Shown here: positions 51,708-62,830 of the stretch, piece after piece
How positions within the stretch are numbered: position 1 is the first letter of the stretch
Layout of the letters: each line of letters starts with the position of its first letter
From: Podarcis melisellensis
Taxonomy: Eukaryota
NCBI GenBank assembly: GCA_964234715.1
Contig: OZ174280.1
Strand: one strand, 5' to 3'
DNA length: 64,000 nucleotides
Notes under the pieces: generated by a model
The model's input: only the letters and a program-made list of their open reading frames with translations
What the model was told of the DNA's origin: nothing
Databases searched by the model: none
Translations under genes and position numbers: made by a program

Positions 51708-53920
51708 AATGAGCAGAATGGGCAGAATGACTCGAGCCTTTGCAGTAGGGTGAGCAGCTGCGAGAGAGGGTCGAGTTTTTGCAGTAGTTTAGAAGAAGGA
51801 ATTTCATCAGAGACAGCTTTTTATAGTGTTGTGCTACCAGAGTGAAAGAAGCTATAGCTGGGAAAATCTCTCTTCGGTGTAATATTAAAGAGGCAGGAGC
51901 CCTGTTTGCTGATTGCATCTAATCATTTTGTGGCACATTTCAAAGAGTCTGTCTCTGCCTATAGGTTTCTGCATTTCTGTGTGAATGCTAGCAGGGCAGA
52001 GTGTGTGAACTAAGAGAAGTGAGCAGGGATGTTTTTGAGAAGCTCCAGAATATATGCTCTGATGTGAAGCCTGAGTGCATTTAAGATCATTGGAACTATT
52101 CTTTGCACCATGAAAAGAGAAGTTGTCAAAAATGTAAAAATAAATTTAAAAATTACAACAGAGGTGCATATCCTCAGCAACAGAATCCTCTTCCCTCTCC
52201 TTTGTCCATGATGTTACAGCTGGTTTCAAGGCAGCCTTGTAAATAAGGTTGCTTCCAGACAACCTCCTTATGGAGCATTTGTCCTGATTTATTTGCAGGG
52301 AGATCAGACGGCATTGGGTATTGACTGAACATTCATTATGATTTGATTGCTGGGAGATGATGTTGCATCAAACAAATGTTATCCCACACTTTGCAGTGCA
52401 TTTTCCCATCACTTTCCTTATTGCAAAAAAAAAACTGATTTGGGGATTGTGGGTGGCTTTGTTGCTCAATATCTAAATCAACGTTGATTGCACAACTTGC
52501 ATTTGCCAGCATGTGATTGAACCCCACCCCAAAACAGCAACCGTCTGAAATTGCTCTGAAACCCTGAAAGTCACTAGTCAGCAAAATGTACAGATAAATA
52601 AAATACTACCCGGCTGGCAGCTGGAAATGGAGGGATGGAGAGATTTGTCCTTCCTCCAACAGCCCACTGCCTTTTTTTAGCTGGATGTGGAGGACTGGCC
52701 TTTTCTTTTCTCTTTTTTGAATTTATTTTAGGGGGGGTATTTTTTAAAAAATACAATTTAAATTGATACAGAACAAAACTGGCAGAGCCCACTGGGTATG
52801 TGCTTCATGTAAATGGTTCCAAGTATGGATCCCCAATCCCTGAGTGTTCATTCTCTTTGTGCCACCTGCTGAAGATAGCAATTTCATATGGGAAGGGCTT
52901 TTCCCTCTCTGGTAGCCTGCTTGGTTTCTCTACCAGGCATAAAGGAGGATCAGAGCCCTTCTCTGCCAGCCTGTACACTCACCAGCATGAGATTCTGACA
53001 TTTACCTGCCTGCCTGCCTTCAGTCCCTTCTCACCTATGACTGCAAGGCTTGTCCTTAAATACAAGGCTGCATAACATTAAGGTATCTATAGCAGGGTGG
53101 TTCTCTTCAGTGTGCAGAATCCCAGATGATGAAAATCAAAACTGAGGTCAGTGTTCTATGCACCAGTCCCACTAAATGAGACTCACTTCCCTTGCTGAGA
53201 ATAGAGACCCAAACTGTGCTCCTGGGAGATCCCACTGGCTCTCTGTGTCACAGTCTTCAGCAAACCGCACCATTTGCCCCCTTCCATATGCATGGAGTTG
53301 ATCTAGTTTCTAGTAGAAGAGCTTTCTGACCTTGATATGCCCATGCTGGTCTCCCATCTCTCCTTTTTTCACCCACTTCCTTGCTGCTGCACACTCAAAA
53401 TATATTTGGTCCTTTTCCAGCTCAGTTTCCTCCCTCTTCATCCATCAGGAACTGTGCCTAATTGGTAGAGAACATCAGAGAGTACTGTGAGAAAGGAATG
53501 GCTGTTGAATTTTTCTCCCCCTGATAAAGCTTATGATTTAATTTTGCTCTTTCAGAGAGTCTGCAAAGTCTATGCACACACACTTTAATATATGTACATA
53601 GATATATGTTACATGCATTCCTAGAAAGCAAAGTCACACATTCAGTTCAGGAAAGCCCTTCAGAAACATGGTTGGGAAGAATGGAAGACCACTTATGATA
53701 GTTATACACACATCACCAACAAAGAGGAAATGCATCACTGGGGGGGGGGGAGGAGACAGATTAGCACATGCTAATTTATATCTACAAATGCAAGTTTAGA
53801 AAGAATTACTAAGACTGAAGCAGAAATAAAATCTCGCCATAGTGGGAAAGTCTAGTGCCCCAGTTCAAGAGCTCTGCTCTCCTTTCCTTTTTATTATTTA
53901 TTGATATATACTGAAATAGA

Positions 53921-54270
53921 GGGACGCGGGTGGTGCTGTGGGTTAAACCACAGAGCCTAGGACTTGCCGATCAGAAGGTTGGCAGTTCAAATCCCCATGA
54001 CAGGGTGAGCGCCCGTTGGTCGGTCCCTGCTCCTGCCAACCTAGCAGTTCAAAAGCATGTCAAAGTGCAAGTAGATAAATAGGTACCGCTCCAGCGGGAA
54101 GGTAAATGCCGTTTCCATGCACTGCTTTGGTTCGCCAGAAGTGGCTTAGTGGTGACATGACCCGGAAGCTGTATGCCGGCTCCCTCAGCCAATAAAGCGA
54201 CTTGAGCACCGCAACCCCAGAGTCAGCCACGACTGGACCTAATGGTCAGGGGTCCCTTTACCTTTACCTT
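53921..54270 (+). mobile_element. Sauria SINE, full length
   Basis: Head to (tttacc)n tail; TSD tactgaaataga / tactgaaatata. Confidence 0.92.
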
Positions 54271-57121
54271 TACTGAAATATATCTATATCTATAGTGCAC
54301 AGGGTAAAATTAGACATGAAAAAGTGAGGAAGAAAAGGGGGGAGAAAGAAAGAAAGTTTGGTCAAAATGACTTTCTGATGGTGAGAGCTGTTTGACAGTG
54401 GAGCATCCTGCTTGCTCTGCATCCAGTGCACTCCTGCCACACAGGAAAACAGCATCCACACAGTGTTAACCACAATCCACATCCATCATGTATTCATCCT
54501 GTTGTTTCCTATGAATTGCCAGTTTTTGATGCATTTCCCCCTCGAACCAGCTTTGATTCTAATGGAGAGAAAAAACACAACCTTGCTGCGTTTTCATCCG
54601 GTAATGCGTACACAGCCTAAGTTGGCTACCCCTCTGGAAAGAAATGCACGTGTTTCCTAAACGTGGTGCTCTCTCCTTCACACTTGACGCTTATTTATTT
54701 CAGATTTGGGAAGTGTTCACCTCAACGTGTAATGTGAGAAGCAGCTTCCAACTCGACTGCGAGCAGCTGGCAAAAGAGATTCCTTGGTTTCCTTCTGCCT
54801 GCTTCTCTCTGGTCTCGGATGTTTCCTGATTACACCTGACGGCGCTTTCCCTCCCCCCTGCCTTACATTGGTCATGCAGCAGTGCGTACTGCCACTTGGG
54901 AGAGCTGCTTTTCATCTCCAGGCAGGCAGGCAGGCAGTTCTTCTTCTTTTTTCCCCCTCCCGGTGTGAAATTAACAAGTTGAAGCAAAGGCAGGTCGGAA
55001 ATCTCCAAACCCCCCCCCCCAATGGTCTAATCTCCAGTCAGACGTGACTCCAAGGCAGCTAGTGGTAAAGTGCTTTCAGAAGGCTTGTGTCTCCTTCATT
55101 AGGAAAGGTCAAAGCCAATCACCCCAGCGGTAGTTTGAGGAGAACAAGATACAGGAGTCTTATTAGGGCGATCTGTCACTGGAGCCTTTTTGCTTTCTAC
55201 AAGAACAGGCAGAAGAATGCAACATCCACAAGCCCATCATGGACTTCTTTTGCTGCCACTTTTGCCCATCCTCTGTAGAGGCAGGTGGTTGGTGGCCCTA
55301 GAGGATGCACAAGAAATGAATGCAAATAGGCAACCTTGTGATATTTTCTGTGTGCTGAGACTGCACAGATCTCATATGTCAAGAATGAGGAGCCTGGGGC
55401 CCTTTGGATGCTGTTAAGCGCCAGCTCCCATCAGTCTTACCCAACATGGTGAGGAAGGATAGTTGTCATCAAAAAACCTCTGTAGGACCACGTGTTCTCC
55501 ATCCGTATCATATAAGAATACGACTTTCATCTGTGATCAGGATGGGCATGTGCCTTGCAGTAGATTTTAAAGAATCATATTTATGTTTCTTTGAACTTTT
55601 TAGAAATAAATGTCAATGTTTTATGTGTGTGGCCTGATTTATAGTAGACATCCTTTTAATTTGAGGGCAGTGTTGCAGCTGTGCCACTTACTGGAACAGG
55701 GTAGGGGTAGGGTATGGAGGCAGTGAGGTTAGAATTGTGCAGGTTCATCACACCAGCCACGCCTGTGAACTGGGCTAGTTGGATAAAGAGTGTGCATTGA
55801 AATGTGGGGAATATTATGTTAGGTTTTTTTCTGATTATAAAGCTAGTGCTTCTGTTCCATTTTCTAAAGTTCCTTTCATACTGCAGTACCAGTTGTGTTA
55901 CGGAACTGTGGCATGTCATGCTAAATTTCATTCACACCATTGGGTAATGTCATTGCTCCCCTACTCTTTCTGCACCTGTGTATTTCTGTTCCCCCATCAT
56001 TAGCACATGACAACAACATGAAAGAACTGTATGTGGGTATACTGCCCCAAATTCCATCACTTTACTCCAGTGATTTTCCAGGTTAAAGGAGCTGCAAATG
56101 GAATTTTGCTGGAATAATAATAATAATAATAAAATAAAATAAATCTGAAATTAGCACTAAACATGTACTAATTTCCATTAATTTTCTGGAAGTCCATTTT
56201 ATGTCATATGAAAGCTCAAATATAATGTGGAAATTAACAGTTTAGGGAAATGTTGGATGGATGTGAATGCAGCCATAAAAAGCTGGCAGGACAGCTTTCT
56301 GCATTTCTAACATACTACATGAGATGGATGCTTAGTCCAATCCAGCACAACTCTTCTTAATCTGTTTAAAAGGGTGGGGGACAAGGTCATTATTATGCAC
56401 TGGAACAACATTAGAAAAGGAAAATTCATTTGGACACTTACAGCACAATGCTTTACATGTCTACTCAGACATACGTCCTGCTAAGTTCAGTATTTTTTGT
56501 TCCCAGGTAAATGAACGGAAAACTGCAACCCCTCAAACAATGCATTGTCCTTCTCTTTGCTTTTGTCTCATATCAGCCTTTGGTCAGGTCAGCAGGGAGT
56601 TCCCCAACTACATATAGCAAGGATGACATTTGTTAGCTAGCACATGATGGGAAAATAAAACTTCTTTTCTCCCCCATGACCATGTGCTATGAAAGACAGC
56701 TCTGTCATTTCATCGTGGACCAGAGACTTTAGGATCAGTAAAAAACAAAAAGACAAAATGCTTCACTTCAAGTACTTCGTGCCAAGGCTAAGGATTAACT
56801 AACTAACAGCTGGCATTATAAAGGTTAAGACAGATAATATAGGCTAAGAGGTGACTAAAAGTCAGGCTTCACAGCCTAAGCTGACCAAGAAGAAATTGCT
56901 TTGTGCTTACTCCATTTAGCATTAGTAGTAACATGCATTTTGTTTACAAAGGCTTCCCTACCTGCATCAGTCTGCCTCGCCAGGAACCTGTCACTGTTAA
57001 ATAGGTACAGGAGGCTGGACTGGATGAGTTGATGACCTGCTCTTCTGTAGATGGTCCCTCCATCGCCTGCTTTTTTCCTTTCCATACCAAATGCTATGTC
57101 TGTGTTCTGTTGCTTTTGCAG

Positions 57122-57339
57122 GTGCCTCAGGGAGACTGGAATAATACCTTGACTAGGGACAAGGACAATGAAATCCCATGCCGGCGCATGCGGAGTGGGA
57201 GTTATATCAAAGCCATGGGGGACGATGACAGCGAAGACTCAGAAACCAGCCCCAAGCCATCCCCCAAAACTGCAGCACGGAGGCAGAGTTACCTCAAGGC
57301 CACTCAACAGTCGCTGAGCGAGCAGAGCACCACGCACAG
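57122..57339 (+). CDS. DLGAP4: DLGAP4 second coding exon (218 nt, phase 0 to 2), GK-binding repeats 1-2
   Basis: VPQGDW...IPCRRMRSGSYIKAMGD...SPKPSPKTAARRQSYLKATQQSL; acceptor ttgcttttgcag, donor AG|GTACTG; in frame with the previous exon (YLQ|VPQ). Confidence 0.95.
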
Positions 57340-58095
57340 GTACTGCCTTCTTATTTCACTGCTACCTGGTACTCTGTGAATACCTGCATCTTTGGCACGG
57401 TGGTAATGGCTCAGGTGCATCAAAGACTGACATCTATTGTGGCATTCCTAGATTTCACTGTTCAGTTTGTCCGACGCATGATGGGTTATTACTGGGTTAC
57501 AGGCACAGGTGATAAGATGAGAGGGTGATAATTGCATCATTAATGGTGTTCATTCACAAAAACAGTTGTTGATAGTACAGAAATCCTGGCATTGGTGAGT
57601 CAGTTAACATATGTAACGAGTTTGATTCGTTTTTGGTTTTTTATATATATAAAAAGGTTTATCACAATTTAATCCAAATCAATGAAATATAGTATGAGCT
57701 ATATCCATCTTCTTCCTTCTCAGGGATGCTTAAAGGGCTGTAGGGAAGATGGAGACCATATGACCATTTGAAACCGGTGGGTGATAGAATGGCATTGTCA
57801 CATGAATAGTATTCTGAAGCCAACCTAGAATTGTGACTCCTTTGTTCACAACCCTAAGGACCAAGCTTTTCACATTATATATTGTTCCATTCACGTATTT
57901 AGTACCCGACAGTGGGTCCCGCAGAACATTTGATTAAAGTGCATTTGTACACTTAAGCTAGGGCTGAGATGAGCACCATTTCACAGCTGATTTTCCTGGT
58001 CATGGTTAGAAGGATAAGGGTGCAAAAGATGTTGAGGTGGAACTTCCACAAAATTATTAGAACAAGATGTTGAGGTGTGCTTACTCCCTGCTAGG

Positions 58096-58185
58096 CATAG
58101 CTGTCAACTTTTCCCTTTTCTTGCGAGGAATCCTGTTTGGAATAAGGGAATTTCCCTTTTAAAAAAGGAAAAGTTGACAGCTATG
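58096..58185. mobile_element. 90-bp hAT MITE
   Basis: 19-bp perfect TIR catagctgtcaacttttcc / ggaaaagttgacagctatg; perfect 8-bp TSD ctgctagg. Confidence 0.92.
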
Positions 58186-58657
58186 CTGCTAGGACAGAGG
58201 GATTGCAAGACCTCAGGCAAAAAATAAACAAACTGAGAGCCAGTCTATAAGTTATATTCATCACATGGGAGGTCCTGGAAATAGCCTCCACACAGCTGGT
58301 GATTCCCAGCACAGCTGTAATGTGTAAAATGACATCATAAAAACATAAGAAGAACCTGCTAGATCAAGCCAGATGCCCATGGAAAGGTGGCAAACAGGAC
58401 CCAGGCACAAGAGCGCTCTCCCTTCTTTTGGTTTCCAACAACCAGTATATATAGAATTCTACAAGTTTCCATGCCCTTCAGTAAGCATGGAGACTAGTAT
58501 AAAAACGTTTAAGACAGCTTTATTGCCCCCCCCCTATTTCCAATAGCATCCTTGTGAACATCTCCTTCATGCAAAGTGGCCCTTGACAGTTTCCTGCCCA
58601 TTGAGGGTTGGACTGGAAAGTGACTTCGACTGCACTTTATTCTCCATGTAGATTAAT

Positions 58658-58659
58658 AG

Positions 58660-58709
<50 letters not shown>

Positions 58710-59302
58710 TCATTATTTGTGCCCCGCCCATCTGGCTGGGCTTCCCCAGCCACTCTGGGCGGCTCCCAACAAAGATTAAAAATACATTAAAATGTCACAC
58801 ATTAAAAACTTCCCTGATCTCTTCAGATCTCTTCCAAAAGTCAGAAAGTTGTTTATTTCCTTGACATCTGATGGGAGGGCGTTCCACAGGGCAGGTGCCA
58901 CTACCGAGAAGGCCCTCTGCCTGGTTCCCTGAAGCTTTGCTTTTCGCAGTGAGAGAACCACCAGAAGGCCCTCGGCACTGGACCTCAATGTCTGGGCAGA
59001 ATGATGGGGGGTGGAGACTCTCCTTCAGGTATACTGGACCGAGGTTGTTTAGGGCTTTAAAGGTCAACACCAACACTTTGAATTGTGCTCGGAAACATAC
59101 TGGGAGCCAATGTAGGTCTCCCAGGACCGGTGTTATATGGTCTTGGCGGCTGCCCCCAGTCACCAGCCTAGCTGCCACATTCTGGATTAGTTGTAGTTTC
59201 CAGGTCACCTTCAAAGGTAGCCCCACGTAGAGCGCATTGCAGTAGTCCAAGCGGGAGATAACCAGAGCATGCATCACTCTGGTGAGACAGTCCGTGGGCA
59301 GG
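58658..59302 (-). mobile_element. L2 3' fragment with (AAT)n microsatellite at its tail
   Basis: HALVISRLDYCNALYVGLP...LHWLPVCFRAQFKVLVLTFKAL in ORF 58795-59355; same subfamily as 26220. Confidence 0.9.
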
Positions 59303-59507
59303 TCTAAGGTCCTATACTTTCCTTCCCACCATTCTCCTGTCTGTACCCTGCTCATTCACCCCTGAGGGGGCATAGGGGATCTCAGTTCAAAAAGAACCTG
59401 CATCTGCGAAAGGTAGTAGCCAAGGCTCCAGCAGAATTGTTGATAGCTTTAGTAAATGGCCAATAAAGGAAGTCACCTGTCTTGCTAGTTTGTAAAAATG
59501 CAAGACC

Positions 59508-59526
59508 TAGTGCCATCTGCTGGCCA
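59508..59526 (-). promoter_or_regulatory. Strong CTCF motif match
   Basis: Minus strand reads TGGCCAGCAGATGGCACTA, matching the CCASYAGRKGGCRC core. Confidence 0.6.
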
Positions 59527-60030
59527 CTGAGAAATAAATGTTGCTTCTGTATTTTAAGTACAGTACTGGTTTTGTGAAGTCCAGTTCAAGCTGCCAAGAT
59601 ACCAAGATACAAAGAGGATTTAGAACCATGTTGCCCAGGATGTTTTGGGAATGGGTGTTTATAAAATTACAAATACATTAACTAAATTGAGAGAAGTGCT
59701 TAAGGTTCTATGTACACAGAGTGACGGGCTTGGATAGATGCAACTTTGAGGGCATAAGAACATAAAAAGAAGCTGCTGGGTCAGGGAAAAGGACCAACTA
59801 GACCAGCATCCTGCTCTCACAGTGGCCAGCCAGAGGCCTCTGGGAAGCCTGAAAGCAGGAACTGAACACAACAGCCCTCTCCCCACTTCTGATTCCTAGC
59901 AGTTGGTATTCAGAGGCATGCTTCCTTTGACAGAGGAGATAGACTATAACCATTGTGGTTAGTAGCCATTGATAGTCTTCTCCTCCATTCATTTGTCTAA
60001 TCCTCTTTTAAAGTCATCCAGGTTGGTGGC

Positions 60031-60521
60031 TGTGGTGATCACACAGGGTCCCCGGATGTTTGACGGTCTATTGATCCCTGTGCCACCATTGTGATTGCTT
60101 CCCCGCTGCCACCAACCCGTTTATCTCGGGTACACACGAGTCCAGACAGTTGTTAACATTAAACCAAATAAACAAGTTTATTTTATAAGCATTAACAAGT
60201 TTACGGTTTCAGAGAATTTTTCTTGTCAGTTTCTTAATCTTAGTTTCTTTACTGGCCTATACCTTCCTAATAACTTCTAACTGATTATCCCAACTGTCTA
60301 TCTGACTCCTCTTAACATATTCTCTCACTCTCTCACATCAAACTAGCCCAACCCACAGATTTATCCTCCCTCTCTCTTCTCTAACACCCGACTGACTCCT
60401 TAACAACACTAACTCTAACTCTAGATCCTCCCCTTGGGTTTCCACTGGCCAATCACTTCCCACTCATTTAACCCTTTCCTTATGACCCAGCATGATGTCA
60501 CCTAGGAGGGCAAATGCCACA
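60031..60521 (-). mobile_element. Solo LTR (491 bp)
   Basis: TGTGG...CCACA termini, 5-bp TSD gtggc on both sides, AATAAA on the minus strand near 60180. Orientation is inferred. Confidence 0.85.
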
Positions 60522-60694
60522 GTGGCCATCACTACATCTTGGGGGAATGAGTTCCATAGCATCACTATGTACTTTATTTTATCTGTCCTGAATTTTCCAG
60601 CATTCAGATGTGCATAGGTTCCCATGTTAGGAAAGAAGAAAAACTTTTCTCCACCCACTTCACCATGCCGTGTATTATTTGATAAACTTCTATC

Positions 60695-61094
60695 CAGAGC
60701 CGTCTTTCCTATTGGGTTTACTGACGTGTTGCGCCAGGGCGCCGGCCTCTCAGGGGCGCCCCAGCGGGTGTGGGAGCTGTGCGGCTTTGCCAGTGGCCTC
60801 CCTTTTCCTTCCTGCACACCCGCCATCTGCGGCCTGTCAACCATATGGCTGGCGGACGTGCAGCTTCCTTCCCAGGGCTCTGCGGGAGGAGAGCAATCTC
60901 TGCAGAGGCTTAGGATGAAAGCTGCGCCCCACCAGCTATATGGCTGGTGGACGTGTAGTTTTCTTCCCAAGCCTCCGCGGGAGGAGAGCAATTGCCGCAG
61001 AGGCTTGGGAAAAGGTCGACAACTCTTGGAAACGGGGGCGGGGTGCCGGAGGGATCTTTGCACCATGGCCCCAAATATGCTTAAGACGGCCCTC
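60695..61094. mobile_element. GC/CpG-rich hAT-type non-autonomous element with internal ~95-bp tandem duplication
   Basis: cagagccgtctt / aagacggccctc TIRs; 8-bp TSD cttctatc / cttttatc; repeated atatggctgg.ggacgtg...gcgggaggagagcaat. Confidence 0.82.
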
Positions 61095-61113
61095 CTTTTA
61101 TCATGTCACCTCA

Positions 61114-61361
61114 AAGGCTCATCCAGATTCTGTTTGTGCCATAATTACCAGGCACAGGTTTGAGTGGTATTGATTTTGTCCCTCCACTTTCCCCGGGAAA
61201 AGCCACTGTTTACTGCTGAACTGGAATAAATGGCAGGTGGGTTTTGTTCAGATTCAGCAGAAAACAGTGGGTTTTCCAAGGGAAAGTGGTGGGGACTAAA
61301 GAAGAACCACTCAGACCCGTGCCTGGAAACCATAGCACCAAGCGAAGTCTGGATAAGCCCT
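61114..61361. mobile_element. Palindromic MITE (possibly PIF/Harbinger-like)
   Basis: ggctcatccaga / tctggataagcc termini; internal arms ccactgttt..tgctgaa / ttcagcagaaaacagtgg. Confidence 0.7.
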
Positions 61362-61761
61362 TGCCTCTTCCTCAATCTAAAACATCCCAGATGCAGCAAA
61401 CTTTCCTCACAGGGTAGTCACTCCATCCCCTTGTTTGTTTTGGTTGCCCTTTCCTAAAACTTTTCCGGCTTTGACTAATGGTACTGTGGGTATAAAGGTA
61501 TCAATTCTGTATGTATCAATTCTAAATTGATAAGGCAACACCTGCATGTATGGAGGTCTGTGTGCACATAAGAGTCCTGCCATTCACAAAAAAGGCAGTA
61601 ATTCTAGCCATGCAATTCTTTTTTTCCTTTTGGTTCCAAAAGCCTAAGGAGTCAAAAAGCTTCCTTGAAAAGAACAATGGTAGATTGACTGAGTTAGATC
61701 TGCCAGTGACAGAAGTCACATACAATATGTTTACAGTTGCAATCCAATGCACAAGTACCTA

Positions 61762-62124
61762 AAGGTAAAGGTAAAGGTACCCCTGCCCGTACGGGCCAGT
61801 CTTGACAGACTCTGGGGTTGTGCGCCCATCTCACTTAAGAGGCCAGGGGCCAGCGCTGTCCGGGGACACTTCCGGGTCACGTGGCCAGCGTGACATCGCT
61901 GCTCCGGCGAGCCAGAGCCGCACACGGAAACGCCGTTTACCTTCCCGCTGGTAAGCGGTCCCTATTTATCTACTTGCACCCGGAGGTGCTTTCGAACTGC
62001 TAGGTTGGCAGGCGCTGGGACCGAGCAGCGGGAGCGCACCCCGCCGCAGGGATTCGAACCGCCGACCTTTCGATCGGCAAGTCCTAGGCGCTGAGGCTTT
62101 AACCCACAGCGCCACCTGCGTCCC
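61762..62124 (-). mobile_element. Sauria SINE, CpG-rich divergent subfamily
   Basis: Perfect 14-bp TSD tgcacaagtaccta; intact B box ggttcgaatcc on minus strand. Confidence 0.93.
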
Positions 62125-62273
62125 TGCACAAGTACCTAGGCATAAGCAAAAACCTTTATGTTCACCCTGGCTTTTTAAACACTGTAATTATTTTTTTAAA
62201 ATCTCTTAAATCTCATATTATTAGTTTAGTCTCTGCTTTGACCATGGCATTCTATTTTTGTCCCACGGGATTA

Positions 62274-62276
<3 letters not shown>

Positions 62277-62310
<34 letters not shown>

Positions 62311-62311
62311 C
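62277..62311. repeat. (TG)n(CG)n dinucleotide repeat
   Basis: Direct observation. Confidence 0.9.
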
Positions 62312-62462
62312 TGATGTTATTTCTTCCAATTTAATAGTTTATTGGATGGCTTGATTTGTGTTGTGTATCACCTAGAGGATTGGGCAAATAGGCCAATACA
62401 ATACTAAATAAATAAAATATTTCTGAATAAACATGTTTAGGATCACACTAATAATAATAATA

Positions 62463-62830
62463 GGTAAAGGACCCCTGGACGGTTAAGTCCAGTCAAAGTT
62501 GATTATGGGGTTGCAGTGCTCATCTCGCTTTCAGGCCAAGGGAGCCGGCGTTTGTTCACAGACAGTTTTCCAGGTCATGTGGCCAGCATGACTAAACCGC
62601 TTCTGGCACAACAGAACACCATGATGTAAGCCAGAGCATACAGAAATGTTGTTTACCTTCCCGCCACAGTGTTAACTATTTATTTACTTGCACTGGTATG
62701 CTTTCGAACTGCTAGGTTGACAGAAGCTGGGACAAAGCAACGGGAGTTCACTCCGTCGCGCAGATTCAAACCACCAACCTTCTGATCAGCAAACCCAAGA
62801 GGCTCAGTGGTTTTAGACCACAGTGCCACA
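62463..62830 (-). mobile_element. Sauria SINE (older)
   Basis: Reverse-complement SINE body; 26-bp flanking duplication gtttaggatcacactaataataataa. Confidence 0.88.

Larger units (their letters stand above)
59752..61468 (-). mobile_element. CR1 LINE 3' fragment interrupted by three insertions
   Basis: cataagaacataa tail; CR1 sequence resumes at 60522 and ~61362. Confidence 0.8.

Noticed and set aside
56490-56512. Second AG|GT recursive-like site (ttcccag|gtaaat)
   Set aside because: Lies in what looks like a common dispersed palindromic repeat, so the motif is probably repeat-derived
60464-61163. 200-aa and 179-aa ORFs and a CpG-island-like patch
   Set aside because: They span CR1 and a GC-rich hAT element with TIRs and TSD; the open frames reflect GC content, not a gene or host promoter
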